This document shows, piece after piece, positions 56,738 through 64,000 of a DNA stretch of 64,000 nt. The translations under genes were made by a program, and so were the position numbers. The notes beneath the pieces were generated by a model. It had not been told where the DNA came from and did no database searches. It saw only the letters and a program-made list of their open reading frames with translations. Source of the stretch: Eledone cirrhosa (taxonomy: Eukaryota); NCBI GenBank assembly GCA_964016885.1, contig OZ024742.1, positions 160,332,001 through 160,396,000 of the forward strand. Direction: 5' to 3'. Within the stretch, counting starts at the first letter, position 1, and the number at the start of each line of letters is the position of its first letter.

Positions 56738-57720
56738 ATCTTTCTTTATTTGCCACAGGGGCGTACAAAAATGGGACATTACAAGACGTGATGGCAGGGG
56801 TTTCGCATAAAAATAACCGTAACATTAATAAATAACAATAAATTATATATAATAAAATAACAATTGAAATCCCCAATAGGGCGGGGTGGGGGTGGGGGGA
56901 CGTTACTGCAGCGTTGTTTTACACCCCGTGGATAGAACAACCCTCAACACCAGGAACACGTTTTGTAGGTGTTCCTGTCTTCCCTCTGTTTATCTTCCTC
57001 AACCTACAGGTTTATATACTGAGAAGCCCCATTCACTCGGGCCATTGTCGCCACATTCACCCAACTTTCAGTGAATTTACTGGGGCGTACCACCTCTCTC
57101 TCCACTCTCACCTTCCTTCTGAAGTGATACTTAAAGATACTTAAAGTTGTTGTCCGGAGAGAAAGGTGTTTGCCGTCAGTCCTTTTAACCTCGTCCACCA
57201 TTTTACCTCTTTCGCCATAGCCACCAGACAGAGGAAAGCCGCCTGTCCTTCGTTCTTAAATGAAGGCGGCGGGGTGATCCTCACGATGGACTCGGCTGAC
57301 AACTGGATGCGTCCCACACGTGACAGAAGCTGTTCGACATAATTCCACAGGTCGGTCACCCCAGGGTACTGAACAATTTCGTGCAGAACGGTTTCGATGT
57401 CCTGCTCGCATCTTGGACAGGTCCTTTTAGCAGGATCTCTGCTAGGGCGTCCATGCCTGTAGGTTTTGTCTCGAACTGGTAGAGCTCCTTGGTAGCACTG
57501 CCAGGCCAGAGATCTCTGGAAGTTATTCATAGGCCCTGGACGGAAAGTCCTCCCGAACAGACTGGTCAGTTCGTCCTCCTCGATGCCTAGAGTTTCCCCG
57601 AGAACGTCGTCGCACTTATCCTCCACTAATCCTCTATAGAATGTCGAAGTGAAGTCTCCGCTGATTGCCGTTTCCGCTTGGTAGAGGGCTGTGAGCGCCT
57701 GTAGGCACTCGAGGTGCCTA
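56738..57720 (-). mobile_element. L1/Tx1-clade LINE 3' fragment (zf-RVT) in (GATA)n
   Basis: SLAWQCYQGALPVR...TCPRCEQDIETVLH...LWNYVEQLL; AATAAA at the 3' end; GATA repeats at both junctions. Confidence 0.8.
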
Positions 57721-57820
57721 GATAGATAGTTAGATAAGTTTATCCCGGATTCAATCGGGGTTAACCACAGTAAGTAAGGTACTCAATACAAAGCAGTATA
57801 TAAATATTTAATATAGAAAA

Positions 57821-57915
57821 GCTTCTACAAGACTAGAACTGTTTCATTCGTGAGAAATCATCGGGAGCTTCCTGATGATTTCTCACGAATGAAACAGTTC
57901 TAGTCTTGTAGAATC
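57821..57915. ncRNA. Head-to-head compact hammerhead pair, same family as 56004-56090
   Basis: Palindrome centred on AGCT (~57866-57869); + copy GCTTC CTGATGA TTTCTCACGAAT GAAA CAG..TTG TA GAAT; - copy core CCGATGA; fragment also at 19169-19195. Confidence 0.8.
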
Positions 57916-57917
57916 TT

Positions 57918-57980
<63 letters not shown>

Positions 57981-58217
57981 CACGAAAAACACTACATAAA
58001 AAATTCACAGACACACGCAGACAATGCATACCCACAAAATGCAGTCCTTCTGCACACATATAACAACACCCACGATACACCCGGGTTCTCCACCTCGGGC
58101 CCCACTCCCGAACACCAGACTACTCATCTACACTTCCAGTCTTCTTCAAACTTTTTTTCCGAAACATTTTTTCCAAAATGTTGCGACCATTTCTCTCTCT
58201 CTCCGAATTCTCTCTCT

Positions 58218-58333
<116 letters not shown>

Positions 58334-58622
58334 ACACGTATATTTATGTGTGGGTGTGTGTATATGTTAGTTAGGTGTGTAACTACAGTTACAGACCGTG
58401 ACCTCGCATATCTGAGGAGATGTCGAAGAAGCGTCGAGCCCTGTCATTATGATTGGACCCTAAGATGATTGATATAGAAACAATTGTAATATGCCAATAA
58501 AATGTATACACATATGCTGTGATACTGACTTCGATTCTACTTCTGTTCTCTCTGTCTCTCCCTCTCCCCCTCTCTCTCTCTATATATATATGTGTGTGTG
58601 TGTGTGTATATATATATGTAAG

Positions 58623-58687
<65 letters not shown>

Positions 58688-58919
58688 ATACTTGGGGAGG
58701 GTCATATTTGTGTAATATTGCCAGAATTAATAACAGAATTAATTAATATATATATTAGAATTGGTGCTCTGAAATAGCGATATATATATGAATGTATATA
58801 TAGTGTATTTTGCAATACACTGTATGCTTAATTAAAAGCATTTTGAAGACCTTACGCTATTGTTTTAGAGTAGTGACAGTCTCACTTACTTTAAATTTTC
58901 AGCAAACAGGGGAGATAAC

Positions 58920-58962
58920 GCTGACAGAGCTCTGTTTCGGACTGATTGGTACTTATCAAAGC
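58920..58962 (-). ncRNA. Hammerhead variant with TTGATAA core
   Basis: rc GCT TTGATAA GTAC CAATCA GTCC GAAA CAGAGCTCTG TC AGC. Confidence 0.6.
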
Positions 58963-59105
58963 CAAGTACTCCACCTGTTCGCTGAAAATCATGAATGTTT
59001 GATTCTTAAAGAATTCTAATAATAAACAGGAACTGATTATACAGAGCGGTTGCCGGTCAAGCAGAAAAAAAGGACTCCAGTTGCATTTTCGATTTCCTCT
59101 TTTTT

Positions 59106-59157
<52 letters not shown>

Positions 59158-59265
59158 TATTTTCCGTTGTGTTGTAATATAAATATTACACACAGTAGAT
59201 TATCAGCTCACGTAGAGTTTGCTCGACGGTTCCAGTTGTAGTTCCAAAAGTAATCCGGAGAAAAA

Positions 59266-59453
59266 TAGAAAGATTTGAATGGATACAGTTTAGTTGAAAG
59301 GAATTTATTGACACGTGTTTCTATAACAGTTACGTAACCTAAAACAGCTGCTATCTACAAACTTTGTAGATAGCAGCTGTTTTAGGTTACGTAACTGTTA
59401 TAGAAACACGTGTCAATAAATTCCTTTCAACTAAACTGTATCCATTCAAATCT

Positions 59454-59458
<5 letters not shown>
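59266..59458. repeat. Perfect 96 bp-arm palindrome with HHR 3' halves
   Basis: Centre 59362; GAAA CACGTG TC at 59403-59414 and its mirror. Confidence 0.9.
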
Positions 59459-59490
<32 letters not shown>

Positions 59491-59497
<7 letters not shown>

Positions 59498-62089
59498 AAA
59501 AAAGAGGAAATCGAAAATGCAACTGGAGTCTTTTTTTTATACTTATTTGGTTCCTTTACTGGTTTCACAGTTCTTGTGCTTTTCAAAAGTAGAATTGAGA
59601 TGGAGTATTTGTGGTTTTTCTCAGATGTAAGAAAAACCACAAACCCTCCATCTCATTTCTACTTTTGAAAAGCACAAGAACTGTGAAACCGGTAAAGGAA
59701 CCAAATAAATATAAAAAAAAAGACTCCAGTTGCATTTTCGATTTCATCTTTTTTCCTTATACTTTCACTTGTGTAGGACACCTCGGTTTTTTTTTCATTT
59801 TGTAAAAAACCTCACTTTCTAATATATCATCAGTGGTATCATGTTCCCTCCTATTGTATTGCATTGTAATATTTACACCATTTTTCTTTTTTTTTTCTTG
59901 TCTCCGTCTTTGCGCATGCGTTTGCGTGTGTATATAATGTTTGGTGTGTGTGTTCGCGTTTGTGTGTATGTGTTTTGGTTTTTTGTGTTCTATCTTTGTT
60001 TACTAGTGTGTGTTTATATATGTTTGTTGTTATTGCACTTGTGTATATATTTATTTATTTATTTATTTATTTATATTTCTCTTAAGTCAGTATTGTTTGT
60101 TTGGGTATGGTTGTCGTTGTTATTCCATTTGTTTTTTCTGTTTAACTTTGGTTTTCTAAGCTCTATTTCACTCGCTTCTCTGATTTGCCTAACTGTTGGG
60201 TCATTTCTATGTTTAGATATTATTTTAATTTCCATGTTGTCTATATTACCGTTATGTCTTTGTCTGGCGTGTTCGTATAGTACTGAACCATGTTTTGTCC
60301 TTTTAATTCCACCCAGTGTTGGTCTATTCTTTCTCCTATGTTTAGAGCTGTCTCACCTATGTATGTCGTTGTCATGTTTCTGCAAGTACCCTCTGTACAT
60401 GTTATGCTATAGACTACATTTCTAGTTTTACAGTTTATCTGGCGGTTCACTTTACATATAACATATTTCTTATTAGTACAGTGGGTTTTCTTAAAGGGGT
60501 ATGTTTTGCTGATCAGGGATTTTATGGTAGTTCCTGGATTTTCTACCACTTTAATCTTTAAGTGTGTCTTTCTTAGGGAATTTCTACATTGGTTAGCTAA
60601 TTTCCCCCTAGGGGTAGCATCCACGAACATGACACTCTGGTGTCTCTGGTTGTCGTACCATGAAGTGGCTTTCCCTATCTTATCTTTAGTCCTATCTAAG
60701 CTATTCCATGATTTGCTCCTGTATAATGGGCAAATTCCTTTCAAGTCCATTTCTATGAGGGTCTTATACTTCTCCATGGCTCCTTTGTATACTCTGATTA
60801 TATCTCTTTGGTTGTAGCCAGAGAACTGCAGGTGGTTGATGAAGTGTTGGATGTGTCTTTCCATTTCTGTTGGATCGCACATGTGGGACACATTCTTCAT
60901 CACTCGTACCAAGTCTGCGATCAGAATATTAAACTTAGCACTACGGGATATTGCTGAGTTTTGGAGTATCAGGTATTTGGAGGCCATGGGTTTAGCATAG
61001 TGTGAGTGGAGAATTTGGGCCCTCTTGTCTATAGTGTTAATCCAGATTACCGTGTCTAATACAGGTAGTCTATTGTTAGGGTGTTTGGAAGGGGAGTCAA
61101 CAGTTACAGTTATACTCTGGTGTATGGAGTTAGATATCTGCTGGATGCTTTCTATTGTGCTATATTCTAAATCATGTTTATTAGTACTCTCTTGTGGGGG
61201 TGTTCTTATTAATATATTAATATCGTCTACGTAACGAGTACATGACGAAGTCTATGGAGCTTTCTTCAAGGAGATCTTTGAGTCTCCTTTCCCAACATAC
61301 CATAAATAGATTGGCAACATCACCAGCTATGCTGGCGCCAATGGCTGCTCCCTCATTCTGGGCGTAGATCTTTTCATTAAATTTAAACACATCGCCCTTT
61401 AGGGTAGTTTTAATACTAGCCCCTATTGCATGTGCGTCCATTTTTCTCACCTGATCATTGTTTTGGGGTGTCCGTATGGCTTTGGTCCATCCATTCCACC
61501 TTCCCATGGGAGTCATTTCAGCTATTGAGGTTATGGGGGGGGGGTCTACCTCTTATGGCTCTACTGGGGCAGAAACAGCTAAGGTCATGGTTATCTAGGT
61601 ACTCAGTGTCACAAGTAAGTCTAAGTAGGAGTCCCAGTTCATCTGTGTTGACGTCGCAGAACTCCACCTCGCTCTCACTGATTATTTCCACACATTTTTC
61701 CACAGCAAAATCAATGTTAATGGATGAATACAGTGACACTACATCCATACTGCCATGCGCAAAGATGGGGACAAAAATAAATAAATAAATAAATAAAATA
61801 AAAATGTCGTAAACATTACAATGCAATACAATAGGAGGTAACATGATAATAGAAACACTGATGATGTTGCAGATGTGCAACAAAAGAATTTGTTAGACTA
61901 TATATATATATATTTATATCTCTATTTTTAACCGTTGGTCAGTCAATGATAAACATTGATTGCCAAATAAATTAACTATGGAGATATAAAAGATACAGAA
62001 GCGAAAAACCAACCAAACAGTGAGTGTGTTCTGTTATTATTTCTGGCAATATTATTACAACAATATGACCCTCCTCAAGTATAACAATA

Positions 62090-62090
<1 letters not shown>
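59491..62090 (-). mobile_element. Penelope-like element (Neptune/Nematis-like), 5'-truncated, with inverted terminal segments
   Basis: RT/GIY-YIG ORF 60241-61750; 59827-59920 is rc-similar to 61755-61865; terminal palindrome 59491-59761. Confidence 0.85.
60241..61750 (-). pseudogene. PLE RT + thumb + Cys-rich linker + GIY-YIG, frameshifted
   Basis: MDVVSLYSSI, FKFNEKIYAQNEGAAIG..ANLFM, YVDDIN, LPVLDT, HYAKPMAS, NCKTRNVVYSITC...YIGET..IGERIDQH. Confidence 0.9.
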
Positions 62091-62182
<92 letters not shown>

Positions 62183-62208
62183 TCACCCCCACCACACATA
62201 CACCCCAC

Positions 62209-62253
<45 letters not shown>

Positions 62254-62560
62254 CAGATATTAACGACTTTAATATGTATTTATGTTGAGTGTAATATGTA
62301 TGCTGTTATAAACAGCTGTATAGAAATGTAAAAGTGTTTAGTGCTTTAAGCACATCCCTCTGAATAACTAGCATGTCAAGAAGGAATTTATAGTAATCCC
62401 AATAGCATTATTACATTTAAGTGTTATAACAATCTTAAAGTTTGTATCCTTTCTATTATGCCAAACATGAGAAAACAGCTTTGTTGTTTTGCTGTAAGAA
62501 TAGTTTTGAACAAACAGCTTGCAATCACAATGTATGTATATATGTGTGTGTGCGTGTGTG

Positions 62561-62632
<72 letters not shown>

Positions 62633-62633
<1 letters not shown>

Positions 62634-62850
62634 CGAAGGAAATGTGGTAAGGAACCAGATGGACCATAACGCACCAAAGTACTCAATACTTAGGGTAGTA
62701 GAGTGGGTAATAGGAACGAGTAGGACCCCGACGGCTGAGCTCAAGCCGTTTCGACGGCTAATTCATAACTAAATTTGGACGTCTAATTTAGTCCAGAATT
62801 AGCCGTCGAAACGGCTTGAGCTCAGCCGTCGGGGTCCTACTCGTTCCTAT
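62633..62850. mobile_element. Fold-back pLTR fragment centred on HHR stem II
   Basis: Palindrome 62710-62850; TAGCCGTC GAAA CGGCT TGAGCTC AGCCG TC GGGG. Confidence 0.8.
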
Positions 62851-63059
62851 ATATATATATATATATGCATCGTTTATGAAATGGCAAACACTTAGAAAGG
62901 ACAACGATTTCAAAGGCTGGAATGTCGCACAGCTTAATCAGATTCTCGGCAATTCCTTGTAAGAGTATTTGTTAGGTGTTACTTTTGGTTTGAACATGTT
63001 TTAAAACAACAGGGAAGATTCCTCACTTTTAACACTTTTAGTTGTTGAATTAAAATAAC

Positions 63060-63612
63060 GGTTTCTACTTTTGGCACCAGGCCAGCAATTATCCCAGTGC
63101 GTTACTGGTACTTTATTTTATCGACCCCGTAAGGATGAAAGGCAAAGTCAACCTCGGCGGGATTTGAACTCAGATCGTAAAGGGACATTAATGTTTAGGC
63201 GGCGAATTGGCAGTCATTAAAACGTCGGATTGTCTACGTTCCGAGCTCTCGGAATTCATATCCCACCGAGGTTAACTTTGAATTCCGTCCTTTCAAGGTC
63301 AATAAAACAAGTTCCTGTCGTACATGTGATCGATTTTCCCCTCTATATATATATTCATCATTTCCTCTCTATCACTCTCTTTCTCTCTCCTTCTCTGGAA
63401 GAAATCGTCTGTGTTCAAACCTAGCGAGGGGAATGTCTCCACCTGGTTGAAAGTGCCCAAGATACGTCGTATGTCATGACAACACCCCTACGACTTCATC
63501 AGAAGTTTCGGATCTATATATACATACATACATACATACATACATACATACATACATACATACATACACGCATACATACATACATACATACATACATACA
63601 TACATACATACA
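63060..63612. mobile_element. Opposed SINE copies; the + copy has an extended tail ending in (TACA)n
   Basis: 63060-63190(-) SINE core; 63197-63340(+) SINE; tail shared with 20340-20455. Confidence 0.7.
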
Positions 63613-64000
63613 TTATGGCTGTCCCCTCGTTATCGGGTATGGCCATTGCACGATATAACATTATTAATAATTATTAATTAATGCTATATAACTTAATAAC
63701 ACATTCAGTTTTAAGACTTTGTTTTTATTGGTGCAGGAATGGCTGTGTTGTTATGAAGATCGCTTTGAGACCCTGTGTTTTGGGGTTCAGTATCATCAAC
63801 CGGTTCTATGATACTAAACATTTTACTTTGAATCCTCCCACCATTATTTTATGTAACAATCTTTAAGTTATGTTTCAAATACCAGCCTGTAAATGAGAAG
63901 TGTATTTATAATACAAGAACAATCCTTATTTTTTTATATTTTCAAAATTATTTGAAAATCATAGGCAGTATCTGCCATTAGAAATATGGTTATGAAAGGG

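Noticed and set aside
58400-58452. CTGAGGA-GATG...CGTC-GAGC..GTC HHR-like
   Set aside because: GAAA strand broken and stem I only 2 bp; at best a decayed copy
59841-60425. Hydrophobic 194 aa ORF resembling a membrane protein
   Set aside because: Antisense to the PLE 3' region plus TG/TTTA repeats
63450-63505. rc CTGATGA followed by GTCGTA/TACGAC stem
   Set aside because: No GAAA after the stem, and the homologue at ~20400 lacks the core

Overview
AT-rich, repeat-saturated metazoan DNA. The SINE/LINE repertoire and the (TA)n/(CA)n load suggest an octopus or other coleoid cephalopod (inference). No host protein-coding exon is supported, and most ORF-track entries are microsatellite artefacts. 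The window is a mosaic of decayed retroelements: two Penelope-like elements (PLEs; one carries the CxCx5Cx5C linker of the Hydra clade), a near-full-length RTE LINE with TSD, CR1, R4/Dong, CRE and L1/Tx1 fragments, two tRNA-derived SINE families, a Tigger-like MITE and a Helentron-type HINE. The main signal is not in the ORF track. By eye I count about 15 intact or near-intact type I hammerhead ribozyme (HHR) motifs plus several half or degenerate ones, from roughly 10 unrelated non-coding families. They sit in (TA)n tracts as inverted, partial-tandem and circularly permuted units (PLE pLTR / retrozyme-like). Five divergent families share a C·C mismatch at position 4 of stem II, and several insertions are fold-back palindromes centred on the ribozyme's own stem II. 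Coordinates were read manually and may be off by a few bases.
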